In this document: positions 18,307 to 28,200 of the stretch, one piece after another
Position numbering within the stretch: the stretch's first letter is position 1
Layout of the letters: each line of letters begins with the position of its first letter
IMG/VR virus record: IMGVR_UViG_3300044535_001920
Span: 603 to 64,602 of that record
Source of the DNA: a virus
Taxonomy: Duplodnaviria; Caudoviricetes
Direction: 5' to 3' (one strand)
DNA length: 64,000 nucleotides
Notes under the pieces: generated by a model
What the model was told of the DNA's origin: nothing
Databases searched by the model: none
What the model saw: the letters and a program-made list of their open reading frames with translations, nothing else
Translations under genes and position numbers: made by a program

Positions 18307-21300
18307 TTAAATTATGAATATTCTAGTTTTCTTAGGTTGAACATAATTTTTCTTTCTATCTTGTGATTCACCAGCAAGTAATACGTTGATTTTGCCGTTA
18401 TAATTAGATCTCGCAAAAGATTCGAAGGTATTTCCAAAAATTCTAAGTGCTCTTTGGGATACTTTATAATCATAAAATACAGATTTTCCTGTACTAATGA
18501 ATAATCCAATTGTTCCAGAACCACGGAATGCTTCGGTATTTCTTTCTTGTGCATTTCCAGTAAATTCAAATATTGTTGTTACTAATTTTGGTTTGAATGC
18601 AACAATAGACTTAGATTGTACTGCAGTAATAAGTTGTCCAAAACCAGTATAGTTACCCTCACCGAAGGATTCTGATGCAGATCCAGTAACTTTAAATAGA
18701 TTTGTTTGTCCTTTAACAACAGCAGTCTCTGAATATGAAGATCCAATAATAGAGAATATAGTGCCGGAACCTCTATATGCTTCTGTATTTTTCTCAGTTG
18801 CAGTTCCAGATACTTTAAATAAACCTTTTGTATCATCTGGACTGAATGAAGCAGATTCTGATATTCCACCAAATCCAAATAATTTTCCTTTTCCTTTATA
18901 AACTGTTGGTTTAGATGTTTCCGCAGAACCAAGTGTTTTAATGAGTACTGTCTTCTCAATAGTTCTAATTGAAGAAGACTCATCGGAAGAAATAATAAAT
19001 GTTTTATTATTTTTATCTGGACGCCCAGAACCTTCAGATATTTTAGTTTTTCCTTGACCAACATATACTGGTTGAGTTCTTCCAGTTCCAGAACCAGTAA
19101 ACTTAAATAGAATAGTATTTTCTGGTGGATTTGACCCTTTGGATTCTGTTGCTCCTTGGAATGTAAATACAGAACCAGTTCCAACATAGGATTCGGAATT
19201 TCTCTCCTTAGCAGAACCTCGTATGTGAATTACTAAATTCTCAAGTTTATACGCACTTGTTAGATATTCGGAAGCACTTCCAAATCCAAATAGATCTCCA
19301 GATCCAATGAATGTATAATTTCTACTATCAGTAGATACAGAAGTAACAGAAATTGACCCAGAACCTGGATATCTTGGTCTGATTAAGACTAGAGATTCAA
19401 CATTGATTCTCTCAATTCCAACACCAACATAAGATTCGGTATTTCTTTGTACCGCAGATCCTCTAAACTTAAATAGAGCAGTGTTCTCTGGTGGATTTGT
19501 ACCAGCAGATTCGGAGGAACTTACAAATGTAAATAGTGAACCAGATCCAATCTCAGTAGTTGGTGTGATTGATTCAGCACCAGAACCATTGATATAGAAG
19601 AATCCTTCACCAATATGAATCGGTTTGAGTCTAATTATTGCTTTGCCATTTACTCTCAGTAAACCAGATCCAGTTTCACGGAACTGGAAGTAAATACCAA
19701 CCCTACCACTAATATTGATAGATCTTGGTATTCCTACTTCCTCAAATCTTACTCTTTCATACGCAGATACGAGTCTTCCCTTATCGTCTGCATCAAGTAT
19801 TTGTACCTTTTGATAAACAAAAGCAGAACCAGATCCAATCTCAGTAGTTGGTGTATAAGATTCGGCAGCAGAACCACTGACCCTAAAGAGACCGGATACA
19901 GGAAGTTTTGTGCTGAATGATTCAGTTGTACTAGAGAACGTAAAGAGAGATCCAGTTCCAAAGTAAGATTCTGTATTTCTTTCAACAAGATGACCAGAGA
20001 ATCTGAATAATTCAGTTCCAACTTCAGAATTTGTTTCGGATTCTGTTGAACTTATGAATGTAAATAATGAACCAGATCCAATTTCTGTAGTTGGTGTAAT
20101 GGACTGAGTAGCAGCACCACTGACTCTAAAGAGTCCAGATACTAGTGGTTTTGGACTGAATGCTTCTGTTGTACTGGAGAAGGTGAATAGAGATCCAGTT
20201 CCTGCATAGGATTCTGTATTTCTTTCAACAAGATGACCAGAGAATCTAGTTAGTCCATAAGGTCTTAATCCACGACCAGAAAGTAATCCATAATTGTCAC
20301 GTTCTAAAGTTAGATTTGGAATATCGAGAATTGAACCATAATCTTCACTAGAAGATTCCAGTTCATTTACAGATCCATAATCAATACCTAACAATTCAAT
20401 TACAGATGTTTCATTATATGAAACAACAGTACTTTCTACCTTGCTTCCAAATCCAAATACTTTACCTGTTCCAACATAAGACTCAGTATTATTCTCAGAG
20501 CTAGTTCCACTAAATTTGAATAGTCCAGTAGAAACTTGGGTATTTGTAAATACTTCAGATTTGCTTACAAATACAAATAGTGATCCAGAACCAACATAAG
20601 ACTCTGTATTCTTTTCAACAAGATGTCCGGAGAATCTGGTTAATCCATAAGGTCTTAGTCCACGACTAGTAATTAATCCATAATCATCACGTTCAGAAGG
20701 TAGATTTGCAACATCAAGAATTGAACCATAATCTTCACTAGAAGATTCCAGTTCATTTACAGATCCATAATCAATGGATTCAAAATCAACTGTAGATGAT
20801 TCATTATAGGAAACAACAGTACTTTCTGCCTTGCTTCCGAATCCAAATGCTCTACCTGTTCCTACATATGATTCTGTATTCTTAAGGTTACTGTAACTGC
20901 CAAGAACATTGATAGATCCAGAACCAATATAAGGTTCTTCTGTAATACTTTCTAATCCATTAATAATTCCAAATACTATACCTGCTCCAACATAATTTTC
21001 TGTATTCTTCTCAACAAGATGACCGGAGAACTTAAAGAGACCAGAAGAAGGTGGTTTTGGACTAAATGCTTCTGTGGTGCTGGAGAAAGTAAAGAGTGAT
21101 CCAGTTCCAACATAAGATTCAGTATTCTTGAGATTGCTATATTCTCCACGAATCCTAAGAAAACCACGACCTATATGAATTGGTAACACAAATACTTTTG
21201 CATTATCAAATGCAAAGAGTGATCCTGTTCCTACATAATCTTCGGTATTTTTTTCAGTTGTTGTGCTGATTAATTTTGTTAATCCATAAGGTCTTAATCC

Positions 21301-22011
21301 ACGACCTACTACGAATCCATAATCATCACGTTCTGAAGTTAGATTTGGAACATCAAGAATTGAACCATAATCTTCAAAAGAATCTTCTGGTAATGTAATT
21401 AAATTATAATCAATTGATTCAAAAGAAACGACAGAGGAGTTGTTATATGAAGAAACAACTCTCTCTGCCTTACTACCGAATCCAAATGCTCTACCTGTTC
21501 CTACATAGGATTCTGTATTCTTTTCTATTAGACTTCCGTTAATATCGGATACAATACCATATCCAATATGTGATTTATTAATATAAACGTCAGATTTTCC
21601 TTGAAACAGGAATGTAACTCCCTGGATCTCGGATGCCCTAGTAATTGAATATATTGCGGAAGATATGATCTTCCCTATAGTTCCATTTGCAGAGGTACTT
21701 GTTTGGGTGATAAACCCATATGTTTCGAATTCCATAGCAGTAGATGCTATAGATCCATAATCATCATCTTCTACGGGTTCATCCTGTAAGTTACCAAAAT
21801 CAAAAACCTCCAGATAAGTATCTGAAAATTCATTATATCCATAGGAAAATCTTTCAAATAACTGTTCCGAAGATGATGAAATTCTAAACAAATTTTTATT
21901 TCTCAATCCAAAAACAGATACAACCTCATCAGAATATTGGCTGATTTGTTGGTCAGCATATTCTAATATTTTTGGTAAAGTTGAACCCGATGAATATGAG
22001 AAAATTGCCAT
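18307..22011 (-). CDS. Repeat-rich putative virion protein (NTESYVGTGSLF and DYG repeats)
   Basis: 1234 aa made largely of (E/Q)(K/R)NTESYxGxGSLF and GLF(K/R)FSG units, with acidic DYG modules in the N-terminal half. Confidence 0.6.
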   Translation of the reverse strand: MAIFSYSSGSTLPKILEYADQQISQYSDEVVSVFGLRNKNLFRISSSSEQLFERFSYGYNEFSDTYLEVFDFGNLQDEPVEDDDYGSIASTAMEFETYGFITQTSTSANGTIGKIISSAIYSITRASEIQGVTFLFQGKSDVYINKSHIGYGIVSDINGSLIEKNTESYVGTGRAFGFGSKAERVVSSYNNSSVVSFESIDYNLITLPEDSFEDYGSILDVPNLTSERDDYGFVVGRGLRPYGLTKLISTTTEKNTEDYVGTGSLFAFDNAKVFVLPIHIGRGFLRIRGEYSNLKNTESYVGTGSLFTFSSTTEAFSPKPPSSGLFKFSGHLVEKNTENYVGAGIVFGIINGLESITEEPYIGSGSINVLGSYSNLKNTESYVGTGRAFGFGSKAESTVVSYNESSTVDFESIDYGSVNELESSSEDYGSILDVANLPSERDDYGLITSRGLRPYGLTRFSGHLVEKNTESYVGSGSLFVFVSKSEVFTNTQVSTGLFKFSGTSSENNTESYVGTGKVFGFGSKVESTVVSYNETSVIELLGIDYGSVNELESSSEDYGSILDIPNLTLERDNYGLLSGRGLRPYGLTRFSGHLVERNTESYAGTGSLFTFSSTTEAFSPKPLVSGLFRVSGAATQSITPTTEIGSGSLFTFISSTESETNSEVGTELFRFSGHLVERNTESYFGTGSLFTFSSTTESFSTKLPVSGLFRVSGSAAESYTPTTEIGSGSAFVYQKVQILDADDKGRLVSAYERVRFEEVGIPRSINISGRVGIYFQFRETGSGLLRVNGKAIIRLKPIHIGEGFFYINGSGAESITPTTEIGSGSLFTFVSSSESAGTNPPENTALFKFRGSAVQRNTESYVGVGIERINVESLVLIRPRYPGSGSISVTSVSTDSRNYTFIGSGDLFGFGSASEYLTSAYKLENLVIHIRGSAKERNSESYVGTGSVFTFQGATESKGSNPPENTILFKFTGSGTGRTQPVYVGQGKTKISEGSGRPDKNNKTFIISSDESSSIRTIEKTVLIKTLGSAETSKPTVYKGKGKLFGFGGISESASFSPDDTKGLFKVSGTATEKNTEAYRGSGTIFSIIGSSYSETAVVKGQTNLFKVTGSASESFGEGNYTGFGQLITAVQSKSIVAFKPKLVTTIFEFTGNAQERNTEAFRGSGTIGLFISTGKSVFYDYKVSQRALRIFGNTFESFARSNYNGKINVLLAGESQDRKKNYVQPKKTRIFII
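20327..20775. repeat. Exact 59-bp direct repeat (20327-20385 and 20717-20775) within a larger ~390-bp module duplication
   Basis: AGAATTGAACCATAATCTTCACTAGAAGATTCCAGTTCATTTACAGATCCATAATCAAT occurs twice; a third, diverged module lies near 21280-21520. Confidence 0.9.
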
Positions 22012-22520
22012 CAGTTTATTTTATATACCTCCATTTTCGTCCAAGCCCCGTCAGCAGTTCCTCTAATATTTTGACTGGTTGGGTTTGATGTATAAACAGT
22101 AGCATCAATATAATCTGTTGTTCCGTTCATTGTAACAATACCACAAGCATTCATAGTATAAGCAAAGGTATGTATTCCAACCTGACTTAATGCAAATGTA
22201 TTTCCATTTTTTCTGATTTGAATATTTGTTTGATTATTTGTAATTGTTCCCTCAAACCAGTTCACCATTAAATCAACATGATAAGTTCCTGCAACGGTTG
22301 GTGTAGTGCGAGTTGTAATTCCACTGTACCAATTATTTGGATCACTAACTACAGAAAATCCAATTAAAGTATCAGAACCGTTAAGAGCAGTTTGATCTGT
22401 TGTTCTTGCAAGTTTTACATAATTTGGAGATTGAAAAGAAAATACATCTCCAGCAAGTTCATTTATAACTTGACGTTGCTCTTCAAAAGTAGAATTTATA
22501 CCGACGTTAAGTGCTGGCAT
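22011..22520 (-). CDS. Short fibre-like protein with C1q/TNF-like head
   Basis: N-terminal TFEEQRQVINELA anchor; TPTVAGTYHV, IQIRKNG and MNGTTDYID C1q-type strands. Confidence 0.6.
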   Translation of the reverse strand: MPALNVGINSTFEEQRQVINELAGDVFSFQSPNYVKLARTTDQTALNGSDTLIGFSVVSDPNNWYSGITTRTTPTVAGTYHVDLMVNWFEGTITNNQTNIQIRKNGNTFALSQVGIHTFAYTMNACGIVTMNGTTDYIDATVYTSNPTSQNIRGTADGAWTKMEVYKIN

Positions 22521-22539
22521 ATTGACCTCTTATAAACGA

Positions 22540-22573
22540 TAAAAATAGGAGGGACCGCTCTCGCAACCCCTCC
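22540..22573 (-). terminator. Rho-independent terminator
   Basis: Minus strand GGAGGGGTTGC-GAGA-GCGGTCCCTCC hairpin (GNRA loop) followed by TATTTTT, just after the 22599 stop. Confidence 0.75.
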
Positions 22574-22598
22574 ATAATAAAGATATCGTATTCAATAA

Positions 22599-23981
22599 TC
22601 AGTCGAGGCTGATGTTCAGAGTGACCTTAATTTGGTCACCATTGTTTTGAATGTTGTAAGGACCATTTGTGAATCTTTCTGCGAAGAAGATGCTGCTGTA
22701 AAGAGTCGATGCACCAGTACCGTTTAGTGCTGGAGTAGTTATAAATGTTGTTGAATCAGGAGTTTCAAAAACTGCGTATGTGGATGAAGTTGTTGTAGTA
22801 TTTCCTGTTCCTGCGGCAATGTAAATAACATCACCAGGAACTAGTCCATGACCAGTTGATCCAGTGCTCACAATACTTGAGGAGAATGTAACTGTATCAC
22901 CAGTCGCAGACTGAATGTTATTTACTAGAGCATTGTTTAGATAAACAATTCTGCTCTTTTCATCAATACCAATTACTTTAGTATCTGCTGGAATTGCGTT
23001 AATTTCCCCAATTAGATTGGAGTGAGTGATTCCCATTCCGATTGTCACATCTTCTGCGACATTCTTGAAGAAGGTTGCTACACCAGTTACCGAATCAATA
23101 TTTGCCTTATTGACATATACAGTGTCAGTAGTAAAACCAACTACTCTTGCTTCTGGTGCAATTCCACTTCCAATTACTCTTTGGTTGGTTGTAATACCAG
23201 AAATGTTATCAACAGTAAATGCATAGTCACCAGAAGTTCCTGTTGCTAGTGGTTCATACTTTGTCTCAAACAAAGTGATATATGATTGTGCAATAACACC
23301 AATAGTCTGAGATTTTGCAACACCAGCATTTACGGAAATTGTTGCAGCATTAGCAACACCGTGAATTTGAACTGGCATATTATTTGCTCTTACCAAATAG
23401 TAACCATATTGCTGGTTACCTGCATCGGTGAAAGTAAATGTTTGCTCCGGATAAGAAGCAGTTGTTGTACCCACACCAAATTCTAGTGCTTGTCCAGAGA
23501 AGTTTCCTGTGTTTGGTACTGAGAGAACCAGGGTATTTCCATCAATTGCACATACGGTAGCATTTGAACCAACGTTTCCACCAGAAACATAATGTCCAAC
23601 TGCGATATTTAAAGTACTAGAAACAGTAATTGTATATTCACCAGTAGTTCCACTTCCTGTTGTGGATGCAATTGGGCTTAAGATTGTTCTAACGTTCCAA
23701 AGACTTCCATTTAATAGAATTCCATACTGATCAGTATAGTCTTGATCCCATCTATTATTGATGCAGAGAGGATATCCATTATTAGGTGCTGTACCATAAC
23801 CGACTAGACCAGAAGCATCATATGGTTCATAGTATGCTGATTGAGTTGGAACATCTCCTTCTGCTGGAGTTGTGTTGCTTGAAAACAGCTTCAGAATTAA
23901 ATTTCTAGGAATCTGATGATTGCTATTTACAAGATATCTTAAAGTTTGAAGCTCTCCACTATCTGGTACTAAAAGTGCCAT
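22599..23981 (-). CDS. Virion structural protein
   Basis: MALLVPDSGE..LILKLF N-terminus and FAERFTNGPYNIQNNGDQIKVTLNISLD C-terminus; S/T/G rich; late promoter and terminator. Confidence 0.65.
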   Translation of the reverse strand: MALLVPDSGELQTLRYLVNSNHQIPRNLILKLFSSNTTPAEGDVPTQSAYYEPYDASGLVGYGTAPNNGYPLCINNRWDQDYTDQYGILLNGSLWNVRTILSPIASTTGSGTTGEYTITVSSTLNIAVGHYVSGGNVGSNATVCAIDGNTLVLSVPNTGNFSGQALEFGVGTTTASYPEQTFTFTDAGNQQYGYYLVRANNMPVQIHGVANAATISVNAGVAKSQTIGVIAQSYITLFETKYEPLATGTSGDYAFTVDNISGITTNQRVIGSGIAPEARVVGFTTDTVYVNKANIDSVTGVATFFKNVAEDVTIGMGITHSNLIGEINAIPADTKVIGIDEKSRIVYLNNALVNNIQSATGDTVTFSSSIVSTGSTGHGLVPGDVIYIAAGTGNTTTTSSTYAVFETPDSTTFITTPALNGTGASTLYSSIFFAERFTNGPYNIQNNGDQIKVTLNISLD

Positions 23982-24024
23982 CTATTGATCTCCTGGAATA
24001 TACAATTAAAATGTTTTATATCTT

Positions 24025-24032
24025 TATTTATA
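24025..24032 (-). promoter_or_regulatory. T4-type late promoter TATAAATA
   Basis: Exact consensus ~44 nt upstream of the start at 23981. Confidence 0.75.
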
Positions 24033-24043
24033 ATCTAAACTTC

Positions 24044-24724
24044 TCACACTTTTAATTTCAATGTTAGGGTGCATTTAGAAATCCCAGAACAACTTAATAC
24101 TTCAAAATCAAGAATGTCGCCAGTATTTATAGATGCATTCCAGGTAGTTAAAATATCATCTTTATTTTTGTCTTGATTGATTAAAACGGGAATTTCTCCA
24201 CCAGTTATTGAAGTAAAATTATTTGGAAAATCTGTATATGAGGTCTTCTTTATATCTATTGCAATTGAACCTGTATCTTCCGATAAAATTGTCCAAGATT
24301 CAATTTTTCCACTAACATCTAAAGAAATATATCCTTTACTACCTGGACTTATATCTATTGACCCGTTATCAATCAAAAATACTATAGTTCTTGTTAAGTC
24401 TGCAGTGGTTACTAATGCAACCCCAGAAAAATTATTTCCACTAGATGGTGGAATTGTAAAAATAATAGTACTTCCAGAAATTTGATAATCTACTACTGGC
24501 TCTAATAAAATATCACCTACAGAAATTAGAAGTTGTTGCTCATTAATTGGAAAATATTCTTCTCCGTTCACATAAAGAGTGAAATTTGTATCAGATCCAT
24601 TAAATTGACTCGAAATGTCATCAATGATGAGATTATTATATTGTACCTGCTTTAGAGGTATTTCATAGTTTACATCAACTGTAAATCTATCTTGAGAAGT
24701 TAATCTTACGTCATAATTTGTCAT
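24044..24724 (-). CDS. Baseplate-associated structural protein
   Basis: DDISSQFNG...ILLEPVVDY module, also present in the gp7-like proteins. Confidence 0.6.
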   Translation of the reverse strand: MTNYDVRLTSQDRFTVDVNYEIPLKQVQYNNLIIDDISSQFNGSDTNFTLYVNGEEYFPINEQQLLISVGDILLEPVVDYQISGSTIIFTIPPSSGNNFSGVALVTTADLTRTIVFLIDNGSIDISPGSKGYISLDVSGKIESWTILSEDTGSIAIDIKKTSYTDFPNNFTSITGGEIPVLINQDKNKDDILTTWNASINTGDILDFEVLSCSGISKCTLTLKLKV

Positions 24725-25056
24725 AGACTAACTCCTGGTGTTACTAAAACACTTCCTTGAACTACTCTTCTGGTATAATTGTTTGGTGATGTAATAACAA
24801 CATCATAAACGTATCTTCCACCTTCAATTAGAGAAGTATCACTCCTTCCCATAGAAACACTTATTTGACCACCTAATCTATTTGGGAACGACACTGTAAA
24901 CGGATATGATGTAGATGAATATGTACTTTTTTTAATCAAACTCATACCGGTAAAACCGGACAAATTTAATTTTGTTCCATTCTCATTATAAATTGTAAAA
25001 GTACTTTCAAAATCCGTCCCTTGCTCTATTACCAGATTTATTTGCTTCGCAGACAT
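24721..25056 (-). CDS. Conserved small structural protein
   Basis: NLVIEQGTDF...GRYVYDVVI...RVVQGSVLVTPGV. Confidence 0.6.
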   Translation of the reverse strand: MSAKQINLVIEQGTDFESTFTIYNENGTKLNLSGFTGMSLIKKSTYSSTSYPFTVSFPNRLGGQISVSMGRSDTSLIEGGRYVYDVVITSPNNYTRRVVQGSVLVTPGVSL

Positions 25057-25077
25057 TGGATAATTGAAAGTGGGATT

Positions 25078-25281
25078 TTAGTTATTTATCTTTTCTAAAA
25101 GAATTTTCAGAACAGACTTTATTTCATTTATATCAGACTTTAGTTCTTCTAATTCAGTTTTTTCTTTTGTCTTAAGTGCTTTCATCTTCATATATTGTTC
25201 ATATTGTAGGTCATCGCAGTTTATAATTGAGTTGGTCTTCTCATCTCTGAAAAGACCTTTATTTTCTTTTACGGGTATCAT
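25078..25281 (-). CDS. Conserved small coiled-coil protein downstream of the VrlC-like gene
   Basis: LFRDEKTNSIIN...LKSDINEIKSVL; overlaps the upstream stop (ATGA). Confidence 0.6.
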   Translation of the reverse strand: MIPVKENKGLFRDEKTNSIINCDDLQYEQYMKMKALKTKEKTELEELKSDINEIKSVLKILLEKINN

Positions 25282-28200
25282 ATTGTCGCCACAACTCTTA
25301 GGTCTCTAAGCAATGGCGTCACTGCTTGATTTGTTCCCGTCATTATAATTTTAATTTGGTAACCATTAAACAATGGAAGATTTTTTGCTGTATATTCATA
25401 AGATCTAAAATCATCCAATGCTAATGATTCGGAAACAAATTTATCTGGCAATCCATTATGTTCTTTTGGATCAATAGTATTTCCAAAATCGTCAATATTA
25501 TTATATCCGGGGAATAACTCATAAAGTTGTTGATCATCTGGAGTGTCTGGTCTTAATATTCTATAAAGTACAATAATTTCATTGGAAGAATCTCTGAACG
25601 CATCAAAATAAACTTTTAAACTATCAGCATTTTTTTCCAATCTAATTACTTTAGAAATATAAATTGCAGCATTTGGGTCATCAAAAAGACTATTTACTCT
25701 AGAATCTGTTGTGTAATTTGTTATTGGGGAATTAATTCTATTCATAGAAGTAATAATATTAATTCTATCTAAATCAATTATTGGAGAAACTTTGCTATCA
25801 GTTGTAGAAAGTTTCAATTCCATAGTAAATGAAGTATTTCCTTGATTATTTGATAAATTCTTTTCGGAGTTGACTTTTGATGCAATTAATCTAGGTGTTG
25901 GTAGGAAATTATTAGAATTTAATGATACGGGGATATATGACTGTTCAACAAATGAACTTTCATTACCATTAATACTTGAACCAGAAACAGTTCTTATTTG
26001 TGCATCAATAGATGTTGTTTCTGGAGTCATGAATTGAATATTAGGTCTAATAATACTATATGGGATATTTTGAGATGCTTTTGGTCCTGATAATGTATTA
26101 GATCCAGTTGAACCTAAGTTTGATTGGTAGGTTCCTCCTGTTTTTGTCTGATTGAAGTATAGTCTAGGTGTTCCAAATTTTCTATCCTTTCCGGATTTTG
26201 TCATATCAAGTTTTACATGATAACTATCAAGTTCAATTGGATACTTATTTAAATCTACCTCTCCAAAATAGTGAGTTTTGTTGATTCTTCTAAGTGATAC
26301 TCCATTAAATTCATACTTAAATACTTGAGATCCAACTGGATGTGAATTTATAGAAAGAGTTGTTCTTGTATTTGGACTTACTGAATCAATAATATCAATA
26401 CCTCTAGTTATTCCACTCAATGAATTTGTAGAAGTATTAATACCAGTATATCTAATTATTTCATTATTTACTTTAATATATCCTGGATTGTCCGAAGAAA
26501 TACCAATATTTTCAAAATAAGTAAATATACCAACATTTGCTAATTGTATATCTGAGGTAGAACTTTGATTGTATTCTGCAGTTAAAGTTGATGGAGGAAT
26601 ATCAGATTCAATATCAAATAAAGTTACATAATTTAAGTCCGAATACATTCCATGGTTATTATGATTTACTTTTAGATGCAATCCATCATCAATAGTTTCA
26701 CTATAGACAACAAATCCATTTGTTACTGTAGTTATAGTATTTCCAATGCCAGTATATTGAATTTGATTTAAAACACCAGAAGTATTAATATTATCTTGAA
26801 CATTTTCAATAATCATAGAATTGAAAGAACTCAGAATTCCAACATTATTTGGAATAGACAATATTAGATTCTTTCCAAATCCACCAGTATACTCGTTTTG
26901 TACTGTCATTGTATCACCAACAGCATATCCAGTTCCACCAATAGAAACTGTAGCAGCAACAGCAACGTTATTCTGGATGGTTAAATTAACTCTTGCACCA
27001 AATCCTCTTCCAGATAAAGTTGTTACTGGAACACTACTATAAGTCTTATTTGCAGTATAAGCAGAACCAACATTAGTTATTGCCAATGTTGATCCAATAC
27101 CAACTGAACCAACTATACTTACTAAATTGCCCGAGAAATCAGGATAGTTACTTTGATACAATTTAACACCAGGGGTTAAATTATTAATATCAAATTGACT
27201 CATACTTTGTGCTAACCCAACAAGAATTTTTTGTGAATAAGCAACTACTGGATTAGTTCTAAGTGAAACGATTTGTCTATTTCCAATTCCTAGGGGTGGA
27301 TTGTAGAATCTAACTATAGCATCATTTGTTGTAAAGTTTGCTCTATAAAGTGTAAACTTTAGATCCTCTAATTGTGATGCATCCCAAGTAGATGCATTTT
27401 GTGATTTAAATAGTGATCCAAGTGTTGGTTGTCTAGAAACAATAATTCTTTCTGATTCTGGTCTATTCTGAGAAGTTACATCAACTTCAGTCATTCTAGA
27501 AATCCATACATTGTATGAATCTGAGTTTGACAACAATACAATTGCATATTCACCACCACCCTCTAGATAAACTGGTGCTTGGAATGTAAATGTTGTTGGA
27601 ACAGTAGCATCATCAGATACAGAAATTTGATCTGGTTCTAGTGATACTTCAGAGAAAGGTAAAATTTCTTGAGTTGGAGTTCCTAGTTGAACTGTTCTGA
27701 TCTGCATTGTGACAGGAACCTCAGTAGGATCCTTAGTCTTAAAGTAAATCTCACATTTTGTTAAAAATACACCATTAACATCAGTAACCTCAAATGATTG
27801 TGCTAATGGATCATAGTAGGTTCTGGTTGTTCTACTTGATCTATTTTGTGCAACTAGTCTATCTTCAGTCTCTGATAGTGTTCTTGCCTCAGAAACAGTC
27901 AATCTTTCAATTTCTGCATTTCTAATCCTTAGAGTAACATTCTCTACGTTATCAATAGTTCCACTAGCAGTAAAGTTTGCTTCTCCAATGCTATCTGATG
28001 GTGCAGATGTTCTGGAATTAGTTGGACTTGTTGTTAATGTAAGAGTTTTTGTTCCTGTTTGGAAAGATGGGTTTGAACGAATAGTTGGGTCTGGAATAAA
28101 CAATGAACCAATAAAAGTTCCAGATTGGTCAGTAATTAATCTTATATCATTAACAACTGCTATTGCATTGCTTGTTTGACCAACAAGTTGCATTTGTGGT

